The notes: generated from the letters alone by a model not told the origin. A DNA stretch of 64,000 bases from Torpedo marmorata (GCA_977017645.1 OZ360230.1:54746001-54810000); one strand, 5' to 3'; counted from the first letter of the stretch, positions 1 through 12,379 are shown. Translations and numbers: made by a program.

Positions 1-305
1 GGATGGGTGGGGAGGGGGGAGATGGGGGGAAGGGGACAAAAAAGGGTGGAAGGGAAAGAGCAGGAGGGGGATAGAAAAAGGAGAGGGGACTCAATACCTG
101 AAATTAGAAAATTCTATGCTCTTACCACTGGGCTGTGGACTGCCCAGGCAGAATATGAGTTGTTGTGCCACCCTTCCCACCCTTTACACTGGCTTCTCTA
201 TGACATTTAAACAGTCCCAATAAAGGGTTTTGGCTCTAAATGTTGACTGTTCTTTTTCTCCCACTGATGCTGCTCGACCCGCTGAATTCCTCCAGCAGGT
301 TGTGT
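1..305. mobile_element. Degenerate Penelope-like element (PLE) terminal remnant
   Basis: Purine-rich tract followed by 'gatgctgctcgacccgctgaattcctccagca', similar to the PLE terminal repeats elsewhere in the window. Confidence 0.45.
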
Positions 306-937
306 TTATCATCAGCATTGAGGTTGCTTGGAAACTAAAGGAAATGGATTGGATCGACCTTGAACGGAGGTTGCTTTAGAGATTCAGAACATGAGGGACG
401 AGAGATGCTTCAACATTCAAAAGAGGTCCCCCCCTGTTGGGAGAACAACCGCTGAGAATGCTTGTCTACTTCAGCCGGAGTAATTGTTTACTCCGAACAA
501 ACGCCTCAGAATATTTCAGTCACGACTCGGTCTTGAAATGCATGAGATTCGAGATTAGATGCGGGCAGAAGAGCACGTTCAAAGTATGACTGTGGCACTT
601 GACAGAATTTGAATGAGGTAGAGATGAGATTGAATGTTTGGTAACCATGGCGACAGACAGGAGAAGCCAGCAGCAGGTGCTGCTAACCAGGTCGCTATGG
701 AAAGATGTGGAGACAGGGATTCTCTGGCTGAATAATTAACTGTTTGTACAGACAGTTGAATTTGGAGTGCTCAGTGATTTCAGTGACTAATTAGCCTTCT
801 ATAGACCATTGCAGGGAAGGTTAATTTGAACCTGCAAAATAGAGCAACGAGAATTATCAGCAGATTGATTTCCTGTTACAATTCATCTCATTCTTTTCTA
901 TTTTATTTGTTGATTGACAATCAATGGGGTAATTGGT

Positions 938-2045
938 CAGATTCATCAGATTTCAGATTTATTGTCAGAGTACATACATGACATCACATACAACCCTGCG
1001 ATTCTTTTTCTGGGGGTCACACAGAATTACCACTTATTGGTAGTTAAAAAAAAAACTGTACACAATGTACACGTGTAAACAAACAAACAAATGTAAACAA
1101 CTGACTGTGCAATACAGAGAGGAGAAAAAATACAAACAATTAAGTGCAAAAGAGTCCTTAAATGAGTCCCTGATTGAGTTTGTTGTTGAGGAGTCTGATG
1201 GTGGAGGGGTAGCAGCTGTTCCTGAACCTGGTGGTGCGAGTCTTGTGGCACCTATACCTCTCTCCTGATGGTAGCAACAAGAACAGAGCGTGTGCTGGGT
1301 GGTGTGGATCCTTGATGATTGCTGCTGCCCTCCGACGGCAGCATTCCCTGTCGATGTTCTCGATGGTGGGGAGGGTTTTGCCTGTGATGTCTTGGGCTGT
1401 GTCCACTACCTTTTGCAGGGCTGTACACTCAGGGGTATTGGTGTTCCCATACCAGACCGTGATGCAACCGGTCAGCACATTTTCCACCACACATCTGTAG
1501 ACATTTGCCAGGGTTTATGATGTCATACCAAACCTCCGTAAACTCCTGAGGAAGTAGAGGCACTGACATGCTTTCTTCACGATGCCATTAGTTTGTTGGG
1601 TCCAGGAAATATCCTCCGAGATAGCGACTCCCAAGAACTTACATTTGCTCACCCTCTCCACCTTTGATCCCCCAATGATCACTGGATTGTACATCTCTGG
1701 TTTTTCACATCCTGAAGTCAACAATCAGCTCCTTGGTTTTGGTGACAATTAAGTTGTTGTTGGTGCACCATTCAGACAAGTTTTCAATCTCTCTCCTGTA
1801 TGCTGACTCATCGCCCCTTTTTATACAATCCACTACTGTGGTATTGTCAGTGAATTTATAAATGCTGTTGTTCTCACACCGAGCCACGCAGTCATAGGTA
1901 TATTGCGAGTAGAGCAGGGAGCTAAGAAAGCAGCCCTGTGATACTCCGGTACTCATTGAGATTGTGGAGGAGATGTTTTTACCTATCCTCACTGATTGTG
2001 GTCTGGAGGTGAGGAAATCCAGGATCCAATTGCACAGTGGGGTTC
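938..2045 (-). mobile_element. Rex1/Babar-type LINE, 5'-truncated (subfamily A)
   Basis: Broken RT ORFs ([59 protein letters not shown]); 3' tail GACAATAAATCTGAAATCTGA on the minus strand. Confidence 0.9.
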
Positions 2046-2299
2046 ATGTAATCAACCTTACCGCCAGTGTACATCATGATGCATAGGAGCCTGAGGTTCT
2101 TGGCTACATCAACTCAACCGAATCAGAATACACGAAATACAAATCAATCTTACTGTGTTGATGCAGAGATGGATTGTGTGAGGCATTCCAGAGAAGAATT
2201 GTTAAGCATTTCGACTGTTGGTTGGACCACACACTCCCAGACACATAACCTCTCCTACTTCAAAGGACTAGCAGCAGGTAACCCCCTAACTCACACAGT

Positions 2300-2835
2300 A
2301 CATTGACCTCTTGAACCTGCTCTGCCATTCAGTAAGATCATGTATGATCTGGCTGGGTTTAGCTTCACTAAACCCACCTGTTCCCATAACCCTTGATTTC
2401 CCTGTTCTTCAAAAATCGACCTTGTCTACTGCTTGATTGGGCAGTAAATACTTCAGATTCAACCCTTTCTGGGAGAAACAGTTTCCCCACAGCTCTGTCT
2501 TAAACCTATTTCTCTGAATCTCGAGGCTCTGTTCCCTAGTTCTCGTCTCACCTCCCAGTGGAAACAACCTCCTTGCTTCTACCTTATCTATACCTTTCGT
2601 AATTGTATATCTTTCTAAGATCCACATTCATCCTTCGAAACTCCAATGAGTATAGACTTATCGCAATCTCTCCTCATAATCTAATCCCCTACAATCAACC
2701 TGGTGAACCTCCTCTGCACCACCTCCAAATCCAGTCTATCCTTTCTCAAGTAAGGAGACCAGAACTGCACGCAGTACTCCAGGTGTGGCCTCACCAGTAC
2801 CCTGTACACTAGCAGCAGAACCTCCCTGCTCTTAA
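2300..2835 (-). mobile_element. CR1 LINE 3' fragment
   Basis: ORF 2409-2627 KGIDKVEARRLFPLGGETRTR..FKTEL..FSQ is the CR1 ORF2 C-terminus. Confidence 0.8.
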
Positions 2836-2844
2836 ATTAAAACA

Positions 2845-3290
2845 AAGATGGTGGTGCTATCGGAGCTGCTGTAATGGCAGAGCTGTCGCTGGTACGGACC
2901 AGGAGAGTGGGGAGTGGAGACATAGTGGTGTTCCGCAGTGTCCTATTGCCTGGTTGTGATGCTGACAGTTCCGTACAGGCTTTAAACAGCCTGTTAAATG
3001 AGCCGACGGTGTTTTTCTTTTAAATCCTGCAACCAAGGAGGACTGTGCTTAAGATGATGGTGCCTGTGCTGGACAGCCGACCATGAGGGGTTGCAGAATC
3101 CAGAGGAGCAGTGGAACGGCGCAGGGCACCAGAAACAAGCAGAACACCCCCTGTTGAGAAGGAGAAGCATGAGAGACGACCCTACAGGATGGTGAGCACT
3201 GCAGTGGATCAGTGATGGGCTCAACGGCTGAAGGACCCACACTGCGGGTGGTTGGAGACTTGCAGTCGAAGGACTCACACAGGCTGCGTG
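2845..3290 (+). mobile_element. 5' part of an unclassified ~800-bp interspersed repeat (family X)
   Basis: Collinear with 56690-57150 and 22193-22620. Confidence 0.7.
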
Positions 3291-3590
3291 AGGGCACAAC
3301 TCCAGGATTGAAGGGCGTCCGCTTAGAACAGAGATATGGAGTAATTTCTTCAGCCAGAGGGTAGTAAATCTGTGGAACCTGATGCCACAGACGGTTGCGG
3401 AGGCCAGGTCATTGGGTGTATTTAAGGCAGAGATTAATAGGTTCTTGATTAGCCAGGGCATCAAAGGTTATGGGGAGAAGGCTGGGCAATGGGGCTGAGT
3501 AGGAAAATGGATCAGCTCATGAATAAATGGCGGGACAGACTCGATGGGCTGAATAGCCTTGTTCTGCTCCTATATCTTATGGTCTTATCT
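3290..3590 (+). mobile_element. CR1 LINE 3' end
   Basis: 'ttcttcagccagagggtagtaaatctgtggaa...' and a CR1-type 3' tail ending ttatggtcttat. Confidence 0.8.
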
Positions 3591-3627
3591 CTGGGAGGAG
3601 ATGAGTTGAGATAGCTGTGGGAGGCTT

Positions 3628-4030
3628 TTTTTCAATCATTGAAGGGATATCTGCTTTGCAGGCTGAGCCCACATTTAATGGGCCATCCTGAATTGCTCTT
3701 GGGAAGATGGTGGGGAGCTACCTTCTTGAACAATTGCCATCCATGAGGCATGGGTTATTCGAGAGGGAGTTCCAGGATTTTGACAGAGCCACAGTGAAGG
3801 AATGCCCCGTCCCTTGTCTTTCTAGTTGGTCGAGATGCTGGGTTAGGAATGTGGTGTCTCAGGAGTCTTGGTGAGTTGCTACAGTGCATCCTGTGGATGG
3901 TACACACTGCGTGGGTGGTGGAGTGAGTGAATGGGTCTGGATGGGATGTCTTATCAAGTGAGCTGCTGTGTCCTGTACGGTGTTGAGTTTCTCAAATGTT
4001 ATTGAAGCAGCCCTCATCCAGGCAAGTGCT
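3628..4030 (-). mobile_element. Old CR1/L2-group LINE 3' remnant
   Basis: LNTVQDTAAHLI..HSL motif in ORF 3859-4149; 3' region homologous to the + strand copy at 39700-40070. Confidence 0.55.
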
Positions 4031-4322
4031 CTGAAGCGTTCCTGATCGTGTTGGAGGTTCGGATCTGGAGCTTGGGCTACTGATGGCTTGGACTGAACTC
4101 TGTGTGACTGCGGGGGCTGCGGAAGCGCTGGAGGTGAATCAACGGACACTCGATGACTCTGAGGGGACTCTCTTTTGCTTCTCTTTCTCTGACAGTAAGA
4201 GGCGCTTCATGTAATTTTTGCCGATGGCAAATCTGTCTGCCTTACGGCAGACAAAAACAAATTCCGTGTAATATTGCACTGTCTTTATCACATGACAATA
4301 AATGGAATCTTGAATCTTGAAT
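4030..4322 (+). mobile_element. 3' part of family X repeat
   Basis: Matches 57240-57505; ends GACAATAAATGGAATCTTGAATCTTGA. Confidence 0.7.
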
Positions 4323-5038
4323 TTTGAAAATATTGATATATACCGTATATTTTGGCGTATAAGTTGAGTCCTGAAACCCTCAAAAATCTCTCAAAAAACA
4401 GGGGTCGACTTATACGCCAGATATACTTTTGAGGCCTTAAAATCAGCTCAAAAACTACTCCACGCCGATTCGGCGTATAAGTCGACCCTTGAAAACCCGA
4501 TTCGGCGTATAAGTCGACCCATGAAAAACCGATTCGGCGTATAGGTCGACCCTGGAAGCGCCTCCCCACTGCCGGTGCCGCTGCTCCCCGACACCTCCCC
4601 ACCGCCGGGCGCCGCCATAAACCACCCAGACATTCTACAATTGTAGAGCCCAAGGTCCCCGCTCCTGCCCGGGAGAATGAGGTCGCCGCTCCTGCCCGGG
4701 AGAACGAGGTCGCCGCTCCTGCCCGGGAGAACGAGTCCCCGCACCTGCTCGGGAGAACGAGGTCGCCACACCTGCTCGGGAGAATGACGTCGCCGCTCCT
4801 GCCCGGGAGAACGAGTCGCCACACCTGCTCGGGAGCCGACACTTACCGTGGTTCCTGCACTGAGCACACTTGGGCAGCGAGGTGACTTCTTCGATGCGGA
4901 CAGCACCGCACCCGATGTGGAGAATGGAGTCGCCCATCGCCGACTCTGGCTGCAGCTGAAGCTGAAGACTTGGACCCAGCTCCGTTTGGCATCTTCCCGG
5001 CCAGAAGCAAAGGTTTTTTTTACTGTTTTTTTTACTTA

Positions 5039-6313
5039 CCGTATATTTCGGCGTATAAGTCGACCCTTGAAACCCTCAAAAATGTCTCAAAAAACGGGGG
5101 TCGACTTATACGCCAGATATACTTTTGAGACCTTAAAATCAGCTCAAAATCGAGATCACGCCGATTCGGCGTATAAGTCGACCCCTGAAAACACGATTCG
5201 GCGTATAAGTCGATCCCTGAAAACACAATTCGGCGTATAGGTCGATCTTGGAAGCGCCTCCCCACCGCCGGCGCCGCCGCTCCACGACACCTCCCCTCCG
5301 CCGGGCGCCGCCATAAACCACCCAGACATTCTACAATTGTAGAGCCCGAGGTCCCCGCTCCTACCCGGTAGAACGAGTTCCCCGCTCCTGCCTGGGAGAA
5401 CGAGCTCCCCGCTCCTTCCCGGGAGAACGAGCTCCCCGCTCCTGCTCGGGAGAACGAGCTCCCCGCTCCTTCTCGGGAGAACGAGCTCCCCGCTCCTACC
5501 CGGGAGAAAGACGTCCCCGCTCCTACCCGGGAGAACGAGCTCCCCGCTACTGCCTGGGAGAACGACGTCCCCGCTCCTGCTCGGGAGAAAGACGTCCCCG
5601 CTCCTGCTCGGGAGAAAGACGTCCCCGCTCCTGCTCGGGAGAACGAGCTCCCCGCTCCTGCTCGGGAGAACGAGCTCCCCGCTGCTGCTCGGGAGAACGA
5701 GCTCTCCGCTCCTTCTCGGGAGAACGAGCTCCCCGCTCCTTCTCGGGAGAACGAGCTCCCCGCTCCTACCCGGGAGAAAGACGTCCCCGCTCCTAGTCGG
5801 GAGAATGAGCTCCCCGCTCCTGCTTGGGAGAAAGACGTCCCCGCTCCTGCTCGGGAGAAAGACGTCCCCGCTCCTGCTCGGGAGAACGAGCTCCCCGCTC
5901 CTGCTCGGGAGAACGAGCTCCCCGCTCCTGCCTGGGAGAACGAGCTCCCCGCTCCTGCTCGGGAGAACGAGCTCCCCGCTACTGCTCAGGAGAAAGACGT
6001 CGCCGCACCTGCATTTTCCCGGCCAGAAGCAAAGGTTTTTTTTACTGTTTTTTTTAACTTACTGGTACTTGCTTAATTTACAGCTTTGTTACTTGGCGAT
6101 TGGGATGTTGTAACAAATTTTGGGTTGTTGCTGGGAGGCCCGGACAGCCTGAAAATTGGGGGTCGACTTATACGCCGGTCAATGGCAACATCTCAGGCAT
6201 CGCGATTTTTGGGGGTCGACTTATACGCCGGATATACCATAAAACCATTAAAATGAGGCTGAAAAAGGGGGATCGACTTATCTGCCGGTCGACTTATACG
6301 CCGAAATATACGG
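5039..6313. mobile_element. TcMar-Tc2-like MITE (inner copy, same family)
   Basis: Perfect 27-bp TIR CCGTATATTTCGGCGTATAAGTCGACC; TA at 5037-5038 and 6314-6315. Confidence 0.9.
5350..6005. repeat. 27-bp GC-rich minisatellite (about 24 units) inside the MITE
   Basis: Unit CTCCCCGCTCCTGCTCGGGAGAACGAG; a shorter array of about 7 units lies at 4655-4835. Confidence 0.95.
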
Positions 6314-6812
6314 TACTTACTTAATTTACAGCTTTGTTACTTGGCGATTGGGGTGTTGTAACAAATTTTGGGTTGTTGCTGGGAGGCCCGGACAGCCTGA
6401 AAATTGGGGGTCGACTTATACGCCGGATATACAATAAAACCATTAAAATTAGGCTGAAAAAGGGGGGTCAACTTATCCGCGAGTTGACTTATACACTGAA
6501 ATATATGGTATATTTATTCAAAATTATATCTTTATGTATATATGTGATTATTATGTACTGTGCATTGTGTGTGCACCGTGGTCTGGAGAAACGCTGTTTC
6601 TTCGGGTTGGATACTGTATGTACAGTCAGATGATCGTAAACTTGAACTTGAACACACCCCTGACTTGAGCCTTGGAGATGGTGGACAGGGTGTGGAGAGA
6701 TAGGAGGTGAGTTGGTCACCGCAGGATTCCCAGCCCCCGACTTTTAACCCACTGACACAGTGGCTTATCAAGGGCAGAGATGTCAGGGAAGGGAAGAATC
6801 AGATATGGACCA

Positions 6813-7110
6813 TGTTCAAATTTGTTGTCAGAGTACATACATTGCATCACATAAAACCCTGAGATTCTTTTTCTTGTGGGCCAGGCAGAATTTTTACTTA
6901 TCGCTAGTGTAAACTCAAGAACAAGAAATGCATACAAAAGGGAGAAATGTAAACAAATAAAGAAATGTAAACAAGCTGACTTTGCAAATACAGAAAAAAT
7001 AAATATTCAGTCATGAATAATGTGCAAAGTAAGTCATTAAATTAGACTCCGATTGAGTCTGTTGTTTAGGAGTCTGAGGGGTAGCAACTGTTCCTGAACC
7101 TGGTGGTATG
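6813..7110 (-). mobile_element. Rex1/Babar 3' UTR fragment
   Basis: Homologous to 950-1240. Confidence 0.75.
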
Positions 7111-7835
7111 AGGGAATGTGCCCATAATGTACTGGAGTCCACTGCTGATTAACAATGACACGTGGTGTTTTCTTATTGTTCTGCAAAATCCTTTCGACCT
7201 GATAGCGCAGCAGCATCAAGGGCAAGAGACTGAGCAAGCTCTCATTACTGGTATAATAGAATGAATAGGAGCTAGTGGGACTGGAATGACTGCATCGCAC
7301 GCAGAATGGTGATCAAACAGGAAACAATTTGCTCCAGCAATCCACAGCAAAACGCAACAAATGGTGCGATTCTGAAATAAAAAAAGCTGGAAAACCTGAG
7401 CAAATCAGGGAGCCTCTTTTTTTAAGAGGGTCTATTACTGCTTCAGTTTGATGACCTTTCTTCAGAAATTTGATTTGGTCTGATATGATAAAATATTTAA
7501 GACAAAGAAAGCATTTCCAATTGATGAAGTGGCTCGACGAATCACTTGGGAAGCTCCATTTAGCATTCAGTGATTGATCTTATGTTTTCAAATACAACAA
7601 ATATGCAGCTCACAGGAAAACCCCACAGGTATTTTTTTTTCCTTTTTGATTCTGGTATTGGCTGAGGAAAGAATTTAGTGCCGGTGTGTTTGAAGCTTGT
7701 CAGTTCATATTAAACAGCATGTGTTAAAGAACACGCATGAATTTTCTCTACCCACTCATAGTGTCATAGGATCTTGCAGTGAAGAAATAGGCCATTCAGC
7801 CCATCATGTCTGTGCTGACCATCAAGTATCTATAC

Positions 7836-8578
7836 CAGCCATTCTCAGCCATTATAATTACTGCTATACCTTTGATTCTTGCTGTATGGAATTTAAATAA
7901 AAAAGATTAATTTGCCAAATAAATTGAAGCAAATTGGTCTACATTTGTCTCTGTGCTGTTTTTGTTTCATTAATAAGAAAATTAAGATTGCATAGCAAGA
8001 GAGTGAGCAGGGTGTCAGAAACACCTGAGTGGTTCTCTCGGACAGCCATTCTCAACGTGAAACCTAGCCCCACCCCTGGAGGCCACAGCTCATTTAAGTA
8101 AAAGCCTTGTTTTCTTTTCACCTGGCGTAACATAAATATTTTAAATGTTTTTTTTTATGTAGTCGGTAGGAGAGAAGTACAGAAGAAACCAAAACGACTG
8201 CTTCACAGGGAAGGGGTCCCATTAATGTTGAGCAGAGTCTTCAGTTGGGGGGGGAGGGGCATAGACGAAAAAAGGTTAAGAATGGCTGCTCCAAGGAGTC
8301 AGTGGTCATGCATTTAAAACCAGGATCAATCCATGTACATTCTTATAGTGTTTCTCTTTGAGATCTTTGCTTCTCAATGCCCTGAAAATTAGCTAATGCT
8401 ATTCAAGTTTTCTTTTCACCTCACGTTGCATTAATATTTTTAATGATTTTTTTATGCAGTTGGTATGAGACCAGTATGGAAGAAACCAAAACATGACTGC
8501 TTCACAGGAAAGGGGGCCCATAAACTTTGAGCAGAGTCCTAGAGGGGGCCATGTCCAAAAAAAGGTTGAGAATTGCTG
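7836..8578. mobile_element. hAT (Charlie-like) MITE, outer copy
   Basis: Ends CAGCCATTCTCA... and ...GTTGAGAATTGCTG; 8-bp TSD ATCTATAC/ATCTACAC; interrupts a CR1-like tail. Confidence 0.7.
8043..8288. mobile_element. hAT MITE, inner copy of the same family
   Basis: TIRs CAGCCATTCTCAAC / GTTAAGAATGGCTG; 8107-8288 is homologous to 8407-8578. Confidence 0.7.
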
Positions 8579-8869
8579 ATCTACACTAATCTAATTTGCC
8601 AGCAATTGGTCTATAGCCTTCATGCCTTGGGGATTTAAGGTTCTCACTGAGACACTTCTCGAATATGTTTACCTATCTTCGTCACCCACTCAGAAATCGT
8701 GTTCCAAATTCCAAGTGCTCTCTGAAGTGGATATATCTGCACCCCAATATTGGGGCAAGACATCCAGTCAAAGGATTGATCCAAAACTCAACTATAGGAT
8801 GGTGGATTCAAAGTTTGGATGGATAAAGCCATTGGTTCTGTGCAGGGGTGAGCTGGGGAAGGGGTGGGT

Positions 8870-9400
8870 TGTAAAAACACAGAAATGCGGGAGGATCTCA
8901 GCAGGTCTCGCAGCGTCCATAGGAGGTAAAGATATATTACCGACATTTCGGGTCGGAGCCCTTCTTCAAGGTATGAGTAAAAAGCAGGCAGGCATCTGAA
9001 TTAAAAGAAAGGGCAGGGGGAGGAGAACAGACCAACAGACAAAAGGTGTTAATTGGATATATGGAGGAGGCCGGGAGAGAGGAAAGGTGAGAGTTGATTG
9101 GGGGGGGGAGGAATTGGCTCTGGGAATGCAGAGCTGGGTTAAAGGAGACAGTGGGAAAAGGGAAGAGAGAGAAACAGGGCGAGAGGAAAGAAGACATGGG
9201 GAAAGATGGGGGGGTGGGGGGTGAGGGGGAACATGCTAATGGAAACCGAGGTGCGTTGTGACCTGATGTCGAAATGCAAAATCCCAAGCCTCCAGGGTGT
9301 GTGATCCTATGGGAGATTGGGATGAGGGTGTTTATAGGAAATCTGATGTGAGGAGCTTTAGTGTGTTGCAATATTGGGCCATGTACTGATGTGAAGACCA
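8870..9400 (-). mobile_element. Penelope-like 3' terminal fragment
   Basis: pLTR with ACATTTCGGGTCGGAGCCCTTCTTCAAG and a purine tract; homologous to 19331-19800. Confidence 0.75.
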
Positions 9401-9829
9401 CCAGCTTTACCCAAATCTGTCATCTTTCAGCTCAGGGGTTCCTTTGTCGCGGTCATGTACTTACCTTCTTCGGGAGTGGTGCCGGCTGCCGCTGATGACG
9501 TAAGCGATGCGACGCACGGGGTAATAGAGCGCGTGCACGGGTGTGTTAAGCATCAGTATATGGGTGATGAATCTCAGATGCAGGAGGAGGAGAGTAAGAG
9601 TGTCAGGATCACCCGTGTGGCAGTGAGCCAATGAGAAGGTCAGAGGGGTTTAGCTGGGTGGTGTTTGGGGAGTTGAAGAAAGCAATGTTGTGTCTAGGGA
9701 ATAATAAAAAAAGAAAGTCAACTTCATGGTGTGCTGAAAGAAACAAGTGAGTGTATTCTTTATTTGTTTGTAAGCTGTGGTAAATCAGTGCTGTTACACC
9801 TTAACCCTTGGTTCTCAGTTCTCACAATG

Positions 9830-10020
9830 CAGGTAGGATAGCACAGTAATACAGGTGTTTTCTCACAACTCCTCGGACCCGGGTTAGATCCTGACCTCAG
9901 GTGCTCTCTCTGTGGAGTTACCACATTCTTCCTGTGGCGGCATGGGATTCCCCTCCAGATGCTCCAGTTTCTTCCCCCTTTCCCAAAGACGTGCACATTG
10001 GTAAATTGCCTCTTATGTGG
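9830..10020 (+). mobile_element. Degenerate tRNA-derived V-SINE
   Basis: Decayed V-domain 'ctccagatgctccagtttcttcccc' behind a tRNA-like head. Confidence 0.5.
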
Positions 10021-10059
10021 GTGGAGTGCTGAGACGATTTACAAGGTTGTTGCTGGGAC

Positions 10060-10490
10060 CACAAGAGCTGAGTTACAAGGAAAGGATGAATAGGTTAGGA
10101 CTTTATTCCGGGAGTGTCGCAGAATGAGGGGAGATTTGATAAGAGGCATACAAATTTATGAGGGGTAGAGATAGGGAAAATGCAAATAGCCTTTTTCCAC
10201 TGAGGTTGGGTGAGGCAAGTACGAGAGGACATCGGCTAAGGGTGAAAGGTGAAATGTTCAAGGGGAGCATTAGGGGAAACGCAGAGTGTGGAATGAACTT
10301 TCAGCATGGGTGGTGAATGCGGGCACAATTTTGACATTTATGAGAAGATTGGATAGGTACATGGATGAGAGGGGTATCAAGGGCAATGGTCTGGGTGCAG
10401 GTTGATGGACTTGGTGGAATAAATAGTTCATCATGGACTGGAGGGGCTGAATGGCCTGTTTCTGTGCTATAATGTTTCATGGTTCTAATC
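10060..10490 (+). mobile_element. CR1 LINE 3' fragment
   Basis: 'agaatgaggggagatttgataag...' and a CR1 3' tail. Confidence 0.75.
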
Positions 10491-10589
10491 TAAGGGGTTT
10501 AATGGGAATGTGGGTAATACAAGATATAATTAGCATAGGTTGATGCTCAGCATGGGCTTGGTGGGAGCGATGGCTCCATGACCGTAAAG

Positions 10590-11042
10590 GAATCTTCAGG
10601 ACGATGATCACGGCAGCAGACCAGTGAGGGGCTCAGCAGCTGAGGGACCCACACAGGCTGCGGGCTGCTGGAGATGGCTCATGGGAACCAGGTATCGGAG
10701 CCGAGATTCAAGAGGGTGCTGAGGGCAAGAAGGGCTCGTGAAGGGCCTTGGGCGCTGAAGGCTTCCTGATCGTGTCGGAGGTTTAGATCTGGAGTTCAGG
10801 TTGCCGATGAACGGAACAGGAGTTGTGCGGCTGCAGAGGCTGCAGGAGTACTGGAGGCAAATCCACGGAGACTCAGTTACTCTGAAGGGACTCTCTTTTG
10901 CTTGTCTTTCTCTCGTACTGTAAGGGGCGCCGGGCGACACTAATGGCAACCCTTTGCCTGCCTTACAGCAGGCAGAGGCAATTTTGTGTAACATTACATT
11001 TTCTATGCTATTACATGACACTAAAAAATCTTGAATCTTGAT
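10590..11042 (+). mobile_element. Family X repeat, 5'-truncated
   Basis: Matches 57030-57505; tail TCTTGAATCTTGA. Confidence 0.75.
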
Positions 11043-11585
11043 TATAAACCAATACCCTTTGCCCCAAAGACACTTTTCAAAAGCCAGTCCTCGAGCGAGT
11101 TCCCACTTTGAACTACCTCAAATGTAAAGCACAGAATCTGGAGTTCAATGCCTCCTTCAAAATCACAGAAAGATTTGATTTTGTACTGGAAGTTTATCAT
11201 GGGATTGGAGACACGTGCAGTTATTCACCAGCAGGAAGTCACTGCATCTGCAGGATTGTGCAGTCCCTGTATCTACAGTAGACACAAAATCAGAAAATGC
11301 TGAAAGCTGTCAGCAGGTCACTTCTGAATTGCTCTCAGAGTCACTGTATCTTTAGAAGGCATCAAAATGGAGCAAGCAGCAGGCAACTCTGCTTAGCTTG
11401 TCATGTTGACTCAAGTTTATTCTCATGTACCAAGGTACAATGAGAAACTTCTTTTTGACAGCCATCCAGCTAGTCATCCCATTAGTACAACAGTATAAAC
11501 ACTTTGCAGAGTTATAGAAAGCGATCAGATCGTACAGGGCACAGGCAACATTATTTCACCTGTGTGAGGTTTGTTCAGGAGTCTG

Positions 11586-12117
11586 TTTGAGGAGGTTGAG
11601 GAGATTTGATATGTCACCAAAGACTCACTGAAGACTCTCGAAAACTTCTACAGGTGTACTGTGGAGAGCATTCTGGCTGGTTGCATCACTGTCTGGTACG
11701 GAGGTGCCAATGCTCAGGACAAGAAAAAACTCCAGAGGGTTGTTAACTCAGCCTGCGACATCACAGGCACCAGACTTCACTCCATCGAGGACATCTACAT
11801 GAGGCGGTGTCTTAAGAAAGCAGCCTCTATCCTCAAGGACTCCCACCACCCAGGCCATGCCCTCTTCACTCTGCTACCATCGGGAAAAAGGTACAGGAGC
11901 CTGAAGACGAGCATTCAGCGGCACAAGGACAGCTTCTTCCCCGCTGCCATCAGATTCCTGAATGATCAATGAACCAAAGACACTGCCTTACTTTGACTTT
12001 TCGTGCACTATTTTTATTTATTGTTGTAATGTGGTTTATATAAATGTTTGCACTGTGATGCTGCTGCAAAACAACAAAATTTGTGGCTTTTTCATGACGA
12101 TAAATTCTGATTCTGAT
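11586..12117 (+). mobile_element. Rex1/Babar LINE 3' fragment (subfamily B)
   Basis: [22 protein letters not shown]...[13 protein letters not shown]; tail ATAAATTCTGATTCTGA. Confidence 0.9.
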
Positions 12118-12379
12118 CTAATAAGGGTATGAAAGACACTGCCCTTGGATCTGGTGGTGTGTGACCTCACACTCGTGAATCTCCTTCCTGATGGGAAGTG
12201 GGAGGAGAGAGTGTGGCCGGAGTGGGATGAGTGTTTTAAGTATGTTGGCGACTTTACCAAGACAGCGGGAAGTGTAGCTGGAGTCGATGGTGGGAAGGGT
12301 GTGATGGCCTGAGCTGCTTCAATAACTCTCTGTCGTTTCTTGAGGTCTTGGATGGAGCAGCATCATCACATTGAAATAG

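Larger units (their letters stand above)
4343..6508. mobile_element. TcMar-Tc2-like non-autonomous DNA transposon (outer copy)
   Basis: TA|CCGTATATTTTGGCGTATAAG ... CTTATACACTGAAATATATGG|TA; CpG-decayed TIRs; subterminal GGCGTATAAGTCGACC repeats; no transposase. Confidence 0.8.

Noticed and set aside
2058-2220. Two tiny minus-strand exons with GTAAG donors
   Set aside because: The implied intron is only about 60 bp, the acceptors are weak and the peptides are unrecognised.
5350-6005. Regular repeat array as a CRISPR
   Set aside because: Head-to-tail units with no unique spacers, inside a MITE in vertebrate-type DNA.
4288-6633. Repetitive ORFs (SRAGAAT, SPLLLGR, STYTP)
   Set aside because: Translations of the minisatellite and subterminal repeats; no transposase motifs.
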